DNA of 64,000 bases from an uncultured Collinsella sp. (GTDB taxonomy: Bacteria > Actinomycetota > Coriobacteriia > Coriobacteriales > Coriobacteriaceae). The translations under genes were made by a program, and so were the position numbers. Where the stretch lies: NCBI GenBank assembly GCA_902490325.1, contig CABUDJ010000001.1, positions 6,937 to 70,936 on the forward strand. Direction: 5' to 3'. Under the pieces are notes generated by a model. The model was not told the DNA's origin, ran no database searches, and saw nothing but the letters and a program-made list of their open reading frames with translations. Below are positions 19,205 through 29,491 of this stretch, in pieces (the first letter of the stretch is position 1; each line of letters starts with the position of its first letter).

Positions 19205-19361
19205 CTTTGGCTCCCATCCCGCAGGTATCGGTGGAAATAATCCAATTTTGCGAGAAGGTGCCCCGTGGCGGTAGTGCCGTTCGATGGCCAAAATGTCCAA
19301 TTTGAGTGCGCGAAAGCGTCAGGCCCCCGGAGCGCTTTCAATACGCCGGGCAGTTTGGCCG

Positions 19362-20366
19362 CTAGCGCAACATGTGGGCAATCAGCTCGGCGCGAGTTCC
19401 GATACCAAGCTTGGCATACACTCCTGATAGGCGGTTTTTAACGGTGCCCGGCGATACTCCCATGTGGCGTGCGATTTCGGCGTTGGTCCATCCGCGGCAG
19501 GCGAGCATGGCCATGGTGAACTCCGTGGTCGTTAAATCGTCGGCCACGTCCTCGCCCGAATCGGGGTTGTGGATGCGCCGCCAGCCGTAGCTGAATCGAT
19601 ACGTAATCTCGATGATGTGTGCGAAATCGTCGGGGTATTGCGATTTTAGGCACGCCTCGATGAGCCCCTGCAAAAGGCCGTGGTGCTCGCCAATGAGCTC
19701 GATAAGGTCGTCGGGGCGCGCAATGTTCCAAGCAGCTCCGAAGTGTGCCTTTGCGGCATCGACGTCCTTGAGGCTCATGCATGCCATGGAAGCTGCCAGG
19801 TGCAGGAACAGCTCCGAGATGGGATAGCTTCCCTGTTTCATAATCAGGGCATTTTCCACCATGCCCAGGCTGCGGCCATATTCGCCGCGCAGATACAAGG
19901 CGTGCGCCATCACATAGCTGGCGAACAGGCGCAGGCCTTCGGGCAGATGCGCCGCAAGCGGATAAAACTCTTCGGCGGAATACGGGGAAGGCAAGTGCAG
20001 CAGGACGCTCGCGGCCGAGGCGAACAGGATGTGCATGGCGTGGACGGCAGGCGATTCCTTGTCGGCTGGCGTATCGAGGATGCCAGCAAGGCACCGGCGG
20101 GCATCGGCGATACGGTTGAGCGACAGACTGGCGTATCCGCAGATAAAGCATGCGGAATAGCGCAGTGCGGGGTCGGTGGCGTCAAGATAGGGGCGCGCTG
20201 TCTTGGCAGCGAGGGTGGCCTGTCCGCGAAAGTACAGCGCTTCTGCCGTGGCAATGGCGCGCGAATCGGGGTCGGAAATGCCTGCAACCGCAGCGTCAAT
20301 CTGCCCCGGCACAAAAGCGGTGCACATCAACGGCATGGGAACGCATGGGTAGCCATCGCAGTCCAT
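19362..20366 (-). CDS. LuxR family transcriptional regulator (helical repeat N-domain + C-terminal HTH)
   Basis: C-terminal sequence is TEFTMAMLACRGWTNAEIARHMGVSPGTVKNRLSGVYAKLG. Start chosen at MDCDGYP (RBS GGGAGATGGAAG), because the longer ORF would overlap the kinase gene. Confidence 0.8.
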   Translation of the reverse strand: MDCDGYPCVPMPLMCTAFVPGQIDAAVAGISDPDSRAIATAEALYFRGQATLAAKTARPYLDATDPALRYSACFICGYASLSLNRIADARRCLAGILDTPADKESPAVHAMHILFASAASVLLHLPSPYSAEEFYPLAAHLPEGLRLFASYVMAHALYLRGEYGRSLGMVENALIMKQGSYPISELFLHLAASMACMSLKDVDAAKAHFGAAWNIARPDDLIELIGEHHGLLQGLIEACLKSQYPDDFAHIIEITYRFSYGWRRIHNPDSGEDVADDLTTTEFTMAMLACRGWTNAEIARHMGVSPGTVKNRLSGVYAKLGIGTRAELIAHMLR

Positions 20367-20434
20367 CTTCCATCTCCCAACAGCTGGCAACAATAGCAGC
20401 AATTGTACTCCTGTTGCTCGGGACCCCTTTCGTT

Positions 20435-21586
20435 TTACTGTTCGGTTAACGCTGCGGATCGTTTTGGAAGGCTTACGAGCATGGTGGTCCCGTTCTCGGA
20501 ACTTGCTTCGACCTCTACCGTGCCACCGTGAAGTGCTGCAATCTCCCAAACAAGCGCTAGCCCGAGCCCTGCGCCGCCGTATGCCCTGCTGCGGGATTTA
20601 TCTAGACGAAAGAACGGCTGGAAGATGCTCTCTCGGTACTGTTTGGGTATTCCCGGGCCCTCATCTTTGACTCGCAGGAGCACGTGGCTGTCGCTGTCGC
20701 TGATGGAGACGTTGACAGTCGAGCCGGGGCGGCTGTAACGGATGGCGTTTTCGACCAGATTGAACACCAGCCGATAGAGGAGCGTATCACTTCCGATTGT
20801 CAAAGCGTCTCCAGCACAATTGAGGGCTATGCCCTTATTCTCGGCAAGTGGCGCAAGGTCGGTGAGGACCTCTTCGGACAAGGGACCGAGTTCAACATCG
20901 TCCTCGCAAGGAACGCTGCGGAGCTCACTCATCTCGAGTAATACCTTGGTCATTCGAGACATGCGCTCGGTTTGTTCTTGTAGCAGGCCGAGCAGCTCGG
21001 CTGTTTCGGGTCACACTCCTTGGCGGCGTGCTGGCATTAGTTCAATCTGTGCTTGCATAAGGGCGAGCGGGGTGCGCAGCTCGTGTGCGGCGTTGCCGGT
21101 AAACTGACGCTGTGCAGAGAACCCTTCGCCAAGACGGGCGATCATGTCGTTGAAAGAGGCGCTACATCGTTGTAGCTCGGTGGGCACATCTTCACTGAGT
21201 CTGATTTCGCTTAGGTTGTCAGGCTGCACACGCTCAACCTGGGCGGCAAAAGCTCGTAGCGGTTTGAGCGCACGGCCGCTCACAAAGTATGCCAGCACGC
21301 CGCCAAGGAGTGTGACTCCAGCCGTGATGCACCAGGCTGTCGTGCCAAAAGACTCTTGTGCGTCGTTTACGACGATCGTGACCTCGTCATCGAGGGTCGC
21401 TTTCGTTGGGTCGAACGCCTGGGGCGAATCTTCGCCGGCTGCGCTAAGGGCCGAGACGTCGCTGCCGATAGCATCCATGTAGCGCATGCCCGTATAGCCG
21501 ACCAGGCAGTTCGTCAGCACGCACGCAGCGCACGTGAGCAGTGCCGTCATAATCGTTATGCGCCATTGCAACGAAAGCCTTTTCAT
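20435..21586 (-). pseudogene. two-component sensor histidine kinase interrupted by a single in-frame TGA (21011-21013)
   Basis: The upstream ORF has TM helices, HAMP and the H-box FTGNAAHELRTPLALMQAQIEL. The downstream ORF has HATPase_c (NLVENAIRYS, DEGPGIP, GGAGLGLALV). The two ORFs are in the same frame and read ...RRQGV*PETAELLGLLQEQTERMS. The 5' end overlaps the regulator stop (ATGA). Confidence 0.8.
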
Positions 21587-22257
21587 TCGCTATCCTCCAT
21601 AACGTAGCCCTCTCCAATCCGATTGCGAATCGGGTCGTATCCCAAAGCGATGCGTAGCTTTTTGCGGAGTGACGAGATATGAACGCGGGTCGCGTTGCTA
21701 AAGCTGTTCACGCTGCTATCCCAAACGTGCTCGATAAGCTCCTCTTGGCTTACCGGACGCCCCTGATTAAGCATCAGGTATTCCAAGATTCCCGTTTCCT
21801 TGCGCGTAAGAGATAAAGTCTCGCTGTCCACGGAAGCGATGCGCGCCTTGGTGTCAAAGCGGAGCTTTCTGCAGGTTAAAACTACGTCGCTTTGTGTAAA
21901 GCGTCTGAGGGTAAGGCTGCGGATCCTTGCCGCAAGCTCGTCCAGATGAAACGGCTTGGTGAGGTAATCGTTGGCGCCGGCATCGAGTCCGGCGACTTTA
22001 TCGGATACTTCGCCACGCGCGGACAGAATCAGCACCTTGGTCTCGCAGTCGGTTTTCCTAAGTTCCCTGAGTACGGTCATGCCGTCGATACGGGGAAGGT
22101 TGAGGTCGAGTATCACGAGGTCGAAGGCCTCAACGTCCAGTAGGTCGAGCGCCTCCTGTCCGTCGTGACAGCAGTCGACACTGTACGCCAAGTTCCGCAA
22201 GCTGCGCGCGATTGCGTCGCACAGCGCCCGCTCGTCCTCGACGATCAAAATACGCAT
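21583..22257 (-). CDS. OmpR/PhoB-family response regulator
   Basis: REC domain MRILIVEDE...DLVILDLNLPRIDG plus a winged-helix output domain. RBS AAGGAG. Confidence 0.9.
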   Translation of the reverse strand: MRILIVEDERALCDAIARSLRNLAYSVDCCHDGQEALDLLDVEAFDLVILDLNLPRIDGMTVLRELRKTDCETKVLILSARGEVSDKVAGLDAGANDYLTKPFHLDELAARIRSLTLRRFTQSDVVLTCRKLRFDTKARIASVDSETLSLTRKETGILEYLMLNQGRPVSQEELIEHVWDSSVNSFSNATRVHISSLRKKLRIALGYDPIRNRIGEGYVMEDSE

Positions 22258-22486
22258 AACAGTCTCCTTGCACATTTCAAATCGCGCTTAACACGGATTT
22301 TATAGCCGATATGGTCCAATGGTCGCGTAACGAAAGGAGTGGTCAGGTTGTTCAAAGCGGTAAAACCCGTGGTACAGGTCGCTTTGTTGATCGTCGGAAT
22401 TGCCATGGTGTGCTTTGGCGTTATGCGTGGCGAGGCAGATGCCGTGCTGGCCAAAGCGATTAGGCTGTGCTTGGAGTGTATCGGAA

Positions 22487-23389
22487 TTGGATAAAAGAGA
22501 AAACACTGCGTCGCATGTTTTGGCTCGATTTCGCGGATTCATTCAGGCGGCGGCGACGCTCGTCACCAACATTCACCTGCCAAACTTTGCCAAAGGCGGC
22601 ATCTATCAGGGCGCGGGAAAAACAGTCTGCGTACCTGGACTTAATTGCTATTCGTGCCCCGCGGCATCGGGTGCGTGCCCCATCGGGTCGTTCCAGTCGG
22701 TGGTAGGTTCATCCAAGTTCAACTTTTCTTACTATGTTACCGGTACGCTCATTTTGCTCGGCGTGCTGCTGGGACGCTTTGTATGCGGCTTTCTGTGCCC
22801 GTTTGGCTGGCTGCAGGAGCTGCTTCATAAGATTCCCGGCAAAAAGCTTTCGACAAAAAAGCTCAAGCCGCTCACGTACATCAAGTACGTCGTGCTGCTG
22901 TTTGCCGTGGTGCTGCTACCCGTCTTGGTGGTTAACGACGTGGGCATGGGAGACCCGTTCTTTTGTAAGTACATCTGTCCGCAGGGCGTGCTCGAGGGCG
23001 CCATTCCGCTGGCCATTGCCAATGCCGGCATTCGATCTGCGTTGGGACATCTCTTTACTTGGAAACTTGCCGTTCTCATTGCCGTGGTAGTGCTGAGCGT
23101 TTTGTTCTACCGCCCCTTCTGCAAATGGATTTGTCCACTCGGCGCATTCTATGCGCTCATGAATAAGGTGTCCTTGTTGGGGATTCAGGTCGACGCGTGC
23201 AAATGTGTCTCGTGCGGCAAGTGCTCAAAGGTTTGTCAGATGGACGTTGATGTGGTCCGCGCACCCAATCATGCCGAATGCATCCGGTGCGGAAAGTGCA
23301 TCGGGGCCTGTCCCGTCGATGCCATTAGCTATCGCTATGGCCTGGATGTGTCGGCGGAAAAGCTCCCCTTGACCGCCGATAAAAAGTAA
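22487..23389 (+). CDS. membrane-bound 4Fe-4S binding protein (NapH/polyferredoxin-like)
   Basis: Several TM helices. Cys motifs are CYSCPAASGACP, CKYICP, CKWICP, CVSCGKCSKVC and CIRCGKCIGACP. The start is uncertain: TTG at 22487 with GGAG upstream was chosen, and the longest ORF starts at ATG 22400. Confidence 0.75.
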   Translation: MDKRENTASHVLARFRGFIQAAATLVTNIHLPNFAKGGIYQGAGKTVCVPGLNCYSCPAASGACPIGSFQSVVGSSKFNFSYYVTGTLILLGVLLGRFVCGFLCPFGWLQELLHKIPGKKLSTKKLKPLTYIKYVVLLFAVVLLPVLVVNDVGMGDPFFCKYICPQGVLEGAIPLAIANAGIRSALGHLFTWKLAVLIAVVVLSVLFYRPFCKWICPLGAFYALMNKVSLLGIQVDACKCVSCGKCSKVCQMDVDVVRAPNHAECIRCGKCIGACPVDAISYRYGLDVSAEKLPLTADKK

Positions 23390-23418
23390 ACAAGCTTCGA
23401 CAAAACGGAGGAACGACT

Positions 23419-24390
23419 ATGAAGCTTTCTAAGATTGCGGCCCTGTTTATGGTGCCGGTGCTGGCCTTGTGTCTTGTGGCGTGCTCGGCACCTGGCGGCA
23501 ATGCGAGCGAATCTGCGAGCTCCGATCCTAAGATCGCAGAACTCACTGCGCAGAAGCCGGCCAATGCCGACGAGGCCGCCGAGCTGTATGCGAAGCTCAT
23601 GCAGAAGGAGAACGAGATCTTTTCGAGTGATAACGCGCTGTGGGAAAAGGTATTCAATGCGGCAAATAAAGACTCGGCAATGATTGAGGACGGCAGCAAT
23701 TACGGCGATTTCCTGCTCAAGACCATCGACGGCGCCAAGGATGAGTTCACGGCGGATGAGCTCAAGACGCTCAAGGCCGGTACACAGCAGATCAAGGAGA
23801 TCGAGGACAAGCTCGAGAGCCTGGAGAAGGAGTTCCCCGGCTGTGGAAGCACGCCGAGTGCAGGCGAGAGCGTCGACGCTTCGACCGCTGGCATGACGGC
23901 TGGTGCCAATGCTTCGAGCGAGGCGACGAAGTTCCCCAGCTTTACGGGCAAGGACCTGGACGGCAACGACGTGAGCAGCGATGAGCTGTTCTCTAAGAAC
24001 AAGGTCACCGTCATGAACTTTTGGTTTACCACTTGCAAGCCGTGCGTGGGCGAGCTGGGCGATCTTGAGAATTTGAATAAGGAGCTTGCCGAGAAGGGCG
24101 GCCAGGTCGTGGGCGTCAATTCCTTTACGCTCGATGGCAACAAGGGCGAGATTGCAGATGCCAAGGACGTGCTGAGCAAGAAGGGCGTGACATATAAGAA
24201 CATCTGGTTCAAGTCGGATAGCGAGGCCGGTAAGTTTACGTCAAATCTATTCTCGTTCCCGACAACGTATGTCATCGATCAGAATGGCAACATCGTAGGG
24301 GATCCAATCGTGGGAGCCATCAGCTCCGCCGAGCAGCGCGCAGCACTCGACAAGCTTATTGACCAGGCGATTGCGAATAGCGAGCAGTAG
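23419..24390 (+). CDS. TlpA/ResA-like thiol-disulfide oxidoreductase lipoprotein
   Basis: Lipobox LVAC. C-terminal thioredoxin fold with NFWFTTCKPCVGEL. RBS GGAGGAA. Confidence 0.85.
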   Translation: MKLSKIAALFMVPVLALCLVACSAPGGNASESASSDPKIAELTAQKPANADEAAELYAKLMQKENEIFSSDNALWEKVFNAANKDSAMIEDGSNYGDFLLKTIDGAKDEFTADELKTLKAGTQQIKEIEDKLESLEKEFPGCGSTPSAGESVDASTAGMTAGANASSEATKFPSFTGKDLDGNDVSSDELFSKNKVTVMNFWFTTCKPCVGELGDLENLNKELAEKGGQVVGVNSFTLDGNKGEIADAKDVLSKKGVTYKNIWFKSDSEAGKFTSNLFSFPTTYVIDQNGNIVGDPIVGAISSAEQRAALDKLIDQAIANSEQ

Positions 24391-24470
24391 AAAACGCGTA
24401 AGGCATGGCGAGGATCGTGCACCGCTGTGCGGAGTAGTCCGCTGCCTTTCAAGATAATCTCCACCATATA

Positions 24471-24497
24471 GAGGTCCCGCTCGGGACCTCTTCTTTT
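24471..24497 (+). terminator. rho-independent terminator
   Basis: GAGGTCCCG-CTC-GGGACCTC followed by TTCTTTT. Confidence 0.75.
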
Positions 24498-24643
24498 AGG
24501 CGCCGTCCTGTTCGTTTTTTGATGCGGTTCGTTACATTCCTCACTGGTGCCGGCTAAAAATGGGGATAGAGTAGGACAAACGCGTCGAATACGAACGGCG
24601 GAGAGAGCGGGCGAGCGTACCCGCGCGGGAGAGGTTGCCGTCC

Positions 24644-27600
24644 ATGCTGGAGCTCAAAGATATTTGCAAAAGGTACGTCACGCAGTCGTTTACGCAGGTG
24701 GCGCTCGATAACGTGAGCCTGGCCTTTCGAGACAACGAGTTCGTGGCCATTCTGGGCCCTTCGGGTTCGGGCAAAACTACGATGCTCAACGTCATCGGCG
24801 GATTGGATCATTTTGACTCGGGCGATCTGCTCATCGACGGTATTTCGACCAAGGACTTCCGCGACCGCGATTGGGACGCCTACCGCAACAACCGCATCGG
24901 CTTTGTGTTCCAGAGCTATAACCTTATTCCGCATCAGACCATCTTGGAAAACGTGGAGCTGGCGCTCACGCTCACGGGCGTTGGCCATGCCGAGCGTCGC
25001 CAGCGTGCGCGCGAGGCGCTTGAGGCAGTTGGTCTGGGCGAGCATGTGAACAAGCGTCCGAGCCAGCTTTCGGGCGGACAGATGCAGCGCGTGGCCATTG
25101 CCCGTGCCCTGATTAACGACCCCGAGATCGTGTTGGCAGACGAGCCGACCGGCGCCCTGGACTCGACGACGTCCGTGCAGGTCATGGACTTGCTCAAGGA
25201 GGTTGCGCGCGACCGCCTGGTCATCATGGTCACGCACAACCCCGAGCTGGCGTACCAGTACGCCACGCGCATCGTCAATCTCGCAGATGGAAAGATCACC
25301 GACGATTCCGACCCCTTCGACGCCGCTGGGGCTGCGCGTCGCGAAGCCAAGCCCACGCGCAAAACCTCGATGAGCTTTGTGACGGCGCTGGGGCTTTCGG
25401 CACGCAACCTCATGACCAAGAAGGGCCGTACGGCTATGACGGCATTCGCGGGCTCGATCGGTATTATCGGCATCGCGGCGATTCTGGCGCTCTCCAACGG
25501 CGTGAACAACTACATCAAAAAGGTCGAGGAGGATACGCTCTCGAGCTATCCGCTCACCATCTCCAAGCAGGATTACGACCTGTCGTCCATGATGGGTGGG
25601 CAGGAGGCTGTGGATGATGGCTCGCCTGAAAACGTGGATTCGTCCGACGACAGTGCCGGCGACAAGGCTCAGGGAAACGATAAGATTCCCGTGGTCACGG
25701 CCGTAAAGGATATGTTTGCAAGTGTTAAGTCCAACGACATGACGAGCTTTAAGGCATGGCTCGATGCCGGTGGCGACGGCATCGATAAAGAAGTCAACGC
25801 CATTCAGTACGGCTACGGTGTATCGCCGGTTGTCTATCGTGCCGGCAAGGGCGACGAGAAGCCCGTCCGGCTTGTTCCCAACGCTATGACCGAGGCCATG
25901 AGCGGAGGCGCGAGTTCGGCGGCAACGGTGAGCATGGAATCCATGGGAACCTCGGTCTTTAACGAGATGATTGACGACCAGAGCCTGCTCGACAGCCAGT
26001 ACGATGTCGTCGCCGGTCATTGGCCCACGTCTGCCAACGAAGCCGTGATGGTGCTCTCGAGTCGTGGCACGGTGGGCGACTACGCGCTCTACAGCATCGG
26101 CGCGCTGGATATCAATGAGCTCAACGATCTGGTAAACAGCGCTATGACGGCTGACGGTGGGGTCGAAACGCCCGAGACCGGCACCGAATTTACCTACGAC
26201 GATGCGCTGTCCACGACGTTTAAGGTGCTGTCGCCGGCCGATGCGTATCGCAAAAACGAAGAGACCGGCATATGGACCGATATGTCTGGCGACACCGACT
26301 TTATGGCCGCCAAGGTTGCCGACGGTATCGACGTGCACATTGTGGGCGTGGTGCGACCCAACGAGACCGCCAACGCGAGCGCGTTGTCCCCGGGCATTGC
26401 CTACACGCATGCGCTGACTCGCCAGCTTATGGAGCGCGCCGCAAATTCGCAGATTGTGCAGGAGCAGCTTGCCCACCCCGAGACGGATGTCTTTACGGGC
26501 AAAACCTTCGACGAACTGCAAGGCGAGGCCAAGCAAGGCGTTGATCTGGGCAGCATGTTCAGTGTGGACGAGGCGGCGCTCAAGAGCGCGTTCTCGTTCG
26601 ATACCTCCGCGCTCTCGGGTGTTGCCGGCGGTATGGACCTGTCGGGTCTTGACTTGTCCGGGCTGGACATTGACCTTTCGGGCGTTGGCAAGGACATCGA
26701 CTTCAGCGACATCATGGCAAAAGCGCCAACCCCAGATTTCTCGGGTATCTTTGACGGTCTGGAACTCACGCCCGAGCAAATGCAGCAGGTGGGAACACTA
26801 GCCAACCAGCTGTTTGAGGGCTTTTTGCAGTCTGATCAGTTTAAGGCGCTGTCGCCCGATAATCTTAAGGACGCGTCAAAGCTCGCCGCCGCATTCTCGA
26901 CGTATCTTGAGAATGATGCCACGGCCCAGCAAATCCTTGCCCAGCTAAAAGCGCTCGGCGGCGATGCCCTGGCCGAGCGCCTGCAGCAGGTGATGACCGA
27001 CTATGTGCAAAAGCAGCTGGCTCCGTATCTGCAGCGGGCTATGGATCAGATGATGAAGACAATTAGCGAGCAGATAGCGTCGACGGTATCGTCCCAGCTC
27101 AAGGCGGGCGCAGCGGGGCTTATGGACCAGATGGCGACGCAGATGTCTTCGAGTTTTGCCAACTTGGCGAGCGCCATGCACGTGGATGCGAGCGCCTTTG
27201 CTCGTGCCATCCATTTCAACATGGACGCCGAGGATCTGAGTTCGCTCATGATGAGTTATGCCAAGGCATCGCAGCTTACCTATGACAACAACCTGACCAC
27301 ACTGGGTTATGCGGACGAGGCGGACCCCATCTCGGTCAAGATTTTCCCGCGTGACTTTGAGGCCAAGGAGCGCGTACTCGACCATATCGATGCGTACAAC
27401 AAGCAGGTCAAAGCCGCCGGCCACGACGAGCAGGCAATCTCGTACACCGACTACATGGGCATCATCATGGGCTCGGTGACTGATATCGTGAATACCATCA
27501 GCTTGGTGCTCATCGCATTCGTGAGTATCAGCCTGGTGGTGAGCTCCATCATGATCGGCATCATCACGTACATCAGCGTGCTGGAGCGCAAAAAGGAGAT

Positions 27601-27898
27601 TGGCATCCTGCGCGCGATTGGCGCGTCGAAGCGTAACGTGGCAAACGTGTTCAACGCCGAGACCTTTATCGAGGGCCTCATTGCCGGCGTCTTTGCCATT
27701 GTCGTCGTGGTGCTCGTGAGTTTCCCGGTCAATGCCTGGGCACTTGCGGTCAAACAGGTTCCCAACCTGATGAGCCTGCCCGTGCAGGATGCGCTGGTAC
27801 TCATTGCAATTTCGGTGCTGCTAACGGTCGTTGCCGGCCTGCTGCCTGCCCGCAGCGCATCCAAGAAGGACCCCGTCGAAGCCCTGCGCTCCGAATAA
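24644..27898 (+). CDS. fused ABC transporter ATP-binding / FtsX-type permease protein (MacB-like)
   Basis: Walker [10 protein letters not shown], signature LSGGQMQR and Walker B LADEPT. A long extracytoplasmic region follows, then a C-terminal FtsX-type domain ([20 protein letters not shown]). The ATG at 24644 follows GGGAGAGG. Confidence 0.9.
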   Translation: MLELKDICKRYVTQSFTQVALDNVSLAFRDNEFVAILGPSGSGKTTMLNVIGGLDHFDSGDLLIDGISTKDFRDRDWDAYRNNRIGFVFQSYNLIPHQTILENVELALTLTGVGHAERRQRAREALEAVGLGEHVNKRPSQLSGGQMQRVAIARALINDPEIVLADEPTGALDSTTSVQVMDLLKEVARDRLVIMVTHNPELAYQYATRIVNLADGKITDDSDPFDAAGAARREAKPTRKTSMSFVTALGLSARNLMTKKGRTAMTAFAGSIGIIGIAAILALSNGVNNYIKKVEEDTLSSYPLTISKQDYDLSSMMGGQEAVDDGSPENVDSSDDSAGDKAQGNDKIPVVTAVKDMFASVKSNDMTSFKAWLDAGGDGIDKEVNAIQYGYGVSPVVYRAGKGDEKPVRLVPNAMTEAMSGGASSAATVSMESMGTSVFNEMIDDQSLLDSQYDVVAGHWPTSANEAVMVLSSRGTVGDYALYSIGALDINELNDLVNSAMTADGGVETPETGTEFTYDDALSTTFKVLSPADAYRKNEETGIWTDMSGDTDFMAAKVADGIDVHIVGVVRPNETANASALSPGIAYTHALTRQLMERAANSQIVQEQLAHPETDVFTGKTFDELQGEAKQGVDLGSMFSVDEAALKSAFSFDTSALSGVAGGMDLSGLDLSGLDIDLSGVGKDIDFSDIMAKAPTPDFSGIFDGLELTPEQMQQVGTLANQLFEGFLQSDQFKALSPDNLKDASKLAAAFSTYLENDATAQQILAQLKALGGDALAERLQQVMTDYVQKQLAPYLQRAMDQMMKTISEQIASTVSSQLKAGAAGLMDQMATQMSSSFANLASAMHVDASAFARAIHFNMDAEDLSSLMMSYAKASQLTYDNNLTTLGYADEADPISVKIFPRDFEAKERVLDHIDAYNKQVKAAGHDEQAISYTDYMGIIMGSVTDIVNTISLVLIAFVSISLVVSSIMIGIITYISVLERKKEIGILRAIGASKRNVANVFNAETFIEGLIAGVFAIVVVVLVSFPVNAWALAVKQVPNLMSLPVQDALVLIAISVLLTVVAGLLPARSASKKDPVEALRSE

Positions 27899-27901
27899 TG
27901 C

Positions 27902-27960
27902 GACAAAGGGACAGTCCCTTTGTCACATTGAGACCCTTGCGAAAACGGGGTCTAATTACC
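27902..27960 (+). repeat. palindromic repeat family copy 1 (GACAAAGGGAC-A-GTCCCTTTGTC + CACATTGAG ... GGTCTAAT)
   Basis: The 11-bp arms are perfect at 27902-27924. The CACATTGAG and GGTCTAAT extension is shared with 34086-34145. It probably also terminates the ABC gene. Confidence 0.75.
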
Positions 27961-28021
27961 GTTCGGCAGGTTAAGAACTCCCTCTCCCCGCTTAATGCTT
28001 GACGAAGAGTCCTCTGGTTTA

Positions 28022-28041
28022 TATACCTATCGGTAGGCATA
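28022..28041. promoter_or_regulatory. candidate TetR operator upstream of the first MFS gene
   Basis: The imperfect palindrome TATACCTATC|GGTAGGCATA shares CGGTAGGYATA with 30205-30217. A CCGAACGGTA 10-mer (reverse strand, 27958-27967) is identical to 30202-30211. Confidence 0.45.
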
Positions 28042-28073
28042 TAGGATGTATTGCCGATAGAAATGGAGCAACC

Positions 28074-29354
28074 ATGACTCTCACCACACCAGCCAAAAAA
28101 GATTGTCTCCGTGAAAGCGGCGCATTTGCTTGGGTCGTCGTTATTGCGCTCGGCTTAATGTCCGCCGGAACAACTGGCACATATAGCATTATTGCCGGCT
28201 CATTCGTTGCTCCAGTATGTGAAGATCTGGGCTTTGACTACACTTCTTTTTCTTTCTATTTCACCGCGATTCTTCTTGGCCTTGCGCTTGGGCTTCCGCT
28301 TTTGAGTCGCTTCATTCCAAAAGTAATCGGCAAACCATGGCATATTTGCATTGAACTCGTCCTTATTGCCGCCGGCGCCGCAATGGCGTTCTACACCGAG
28401 GTCTGGATGTTCACCGTCTCCGCCGCAGTGATCGGCATCTGCTTTTCGTTTACAACGGGCGTCTGCATGTCCGATGTCATTGACCAATGGTTCAGCAAAT
28501 CGTCCGGTCTCGCCATCGGCCTCGCTTGGGGCGTTAATTCTCTCTGCACGCTGTTATTGAGTCCTGTCATTACGCTGGTCATCGAGCAGCAAGGCTGGCG
28601 TACGGGATACATCGTGCTTGCGGCCGTTTCTGCAGCTATGATTTTGCCTGCAAGCGCATTTATCATTCGCCTTAACCCCTCTGATCGCAATATGCTTCCG
28701 TACGGAGAGACCGCCTCCGAAACCCATGAGAGCTGCAGCGCCGATGAGCAGGAAGATGTCCTTTCGGGCATGGCACTCCGCGATGCCGCGAAAACGCCGT
28801 CTTTTATTCTCTGTGTCCTCTTGCTTTGCGTGGCGCAGCTCACCTGCTGCATGAACCAGCTGTTTCCAACCTATGCAAGCGAGGTCGGTTTCAATCCTAT
28901 CGTAGGAAGCTTAATGGTCTCGGCAGCTTCACTCTCCGATATCTTCCTAAATCCCTTCGTGGGCAAAACATGCGACAAGCTTGGCGCTATTAAAGCAACG
29001 GTCGCATGGACAGGTGTCAGCATTCTTTCATTCCTGCTTCTTATCATTGGCGGAAGCAATGAGACCGTTTCCATCATTGCAGCTGGTGTAAACGATGTCA
29101 TGTTCGCCATCGTTGGAACCGCAATGCCGATGCTTCTCCTCTCGCTCTTTGGATCACGCGATTTTGGAAGGATCTATTCGATCGTTTGCTCAGCGGGCTA
29201 TGTCGTCGGTGCTTTTGGAATGCCGGTCATGATGAAGGTTTACGGCATGGCAGGGTCATTCCAGGGAGTATTTATCTTCTGCATTGCCTGCAACCTTATG
29301 ATTGCTGCGTTTGCTATCGTTTCCGGCTTTCTCAATAAGGCTGCTGAAAAGTAA
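28074..29354 (+). CDS. MFS transporter (paralogue of 32733-33998)
   Basis: A 12-TM-type profile. The N-terminus AWVVVIALGLMSAGTTGTYSIIAGSFVAPVCEDLGFDY is nearly identical to that of the second MFS gene. Start at MTLTTPAKK with GGAG upstream. Confidence 0.85.
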   Translation: MTLTTPAKKDCLRESGAFAWVVVIALGLMSAGTTGTYSIIAGSFVAPVCEDLGFDYTSFSFYFTAILLGLALGLPLLSRFIPKVIGKPWHICIELVLIAAGAAMAFYTEVWMFTVSAAVIGICFSFTTGVCMSDVIDQWFSKSSGLAIGLAWGVNSLCTLLLSPVITLVIEQQGWRTGYIVLAAVSAAMILPASAFIIRLNPSDRNMLPYGETASETHESCSADEQEDVLSGMALRDAAKTPSFILCVLLLCVAQLTCCMNQLFPTYASEVGFNPIVGSLMVSAASLSDIFLNPFVGKTCDKLGAIKATVAWTGVSILSFLLLIIGGSNETVSIIAAGVNDVMFAIVGTAMPMLLLSLFGSRDFGRIYSIVCSAGYVVGAFGMPVMMKVYGMAGSFQGVFIFCIACNLMIAAFAIVSGFLNKAAEK

Positions 29355-29491
29355 TAAGCGCCGATTGCACCGGCATAGATTGCCACGCAACAGGGGTCGA
29401 CTCCAAGCCAGATTGGAGTCGACCCCTGTTTTCGTTTTAAAGGTTGCCCGCAGGCACCATGGGCGCCAACATGCGCTTCAGCTTGGCTGGT

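Noticed and set aside
21011-21013. In-frame TGA (and the TAG at 39434-39436) as selenocysteine / pyrrolysine recoding or an alternative genetic code
   Set aside because: TGA and TAG are used as genuine terminators of neighbouring genes: TGA for the response regulator and the AAA ATPase, TAG for many others. I saw no obvious SECIS-like hairpin immediately downstream. No sel or pyl genes are in the window, and neither position is a known Sec/Pyl site of these families. A nonsense mutation or sequence error is more parsimonious.
22400-22486. Longer N-terminus (ATG 22400) for the 4Fe-4S membrane protein
   Set aside because: There is no RBS, and the extra 29 residues (MPWCALALCVARQMPCWPKRLG...) look non-native. 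The TTG at 22487 has a GGAG at suitable spacing. The choice remains uncertain.
24554-26779. 741-aa ORF on the - strand
   Set aside because: It is antisense to the MacB-like ABC gene, which has Walker/signature motifs. Its composition is R/G/H-rich and there are no motifs.
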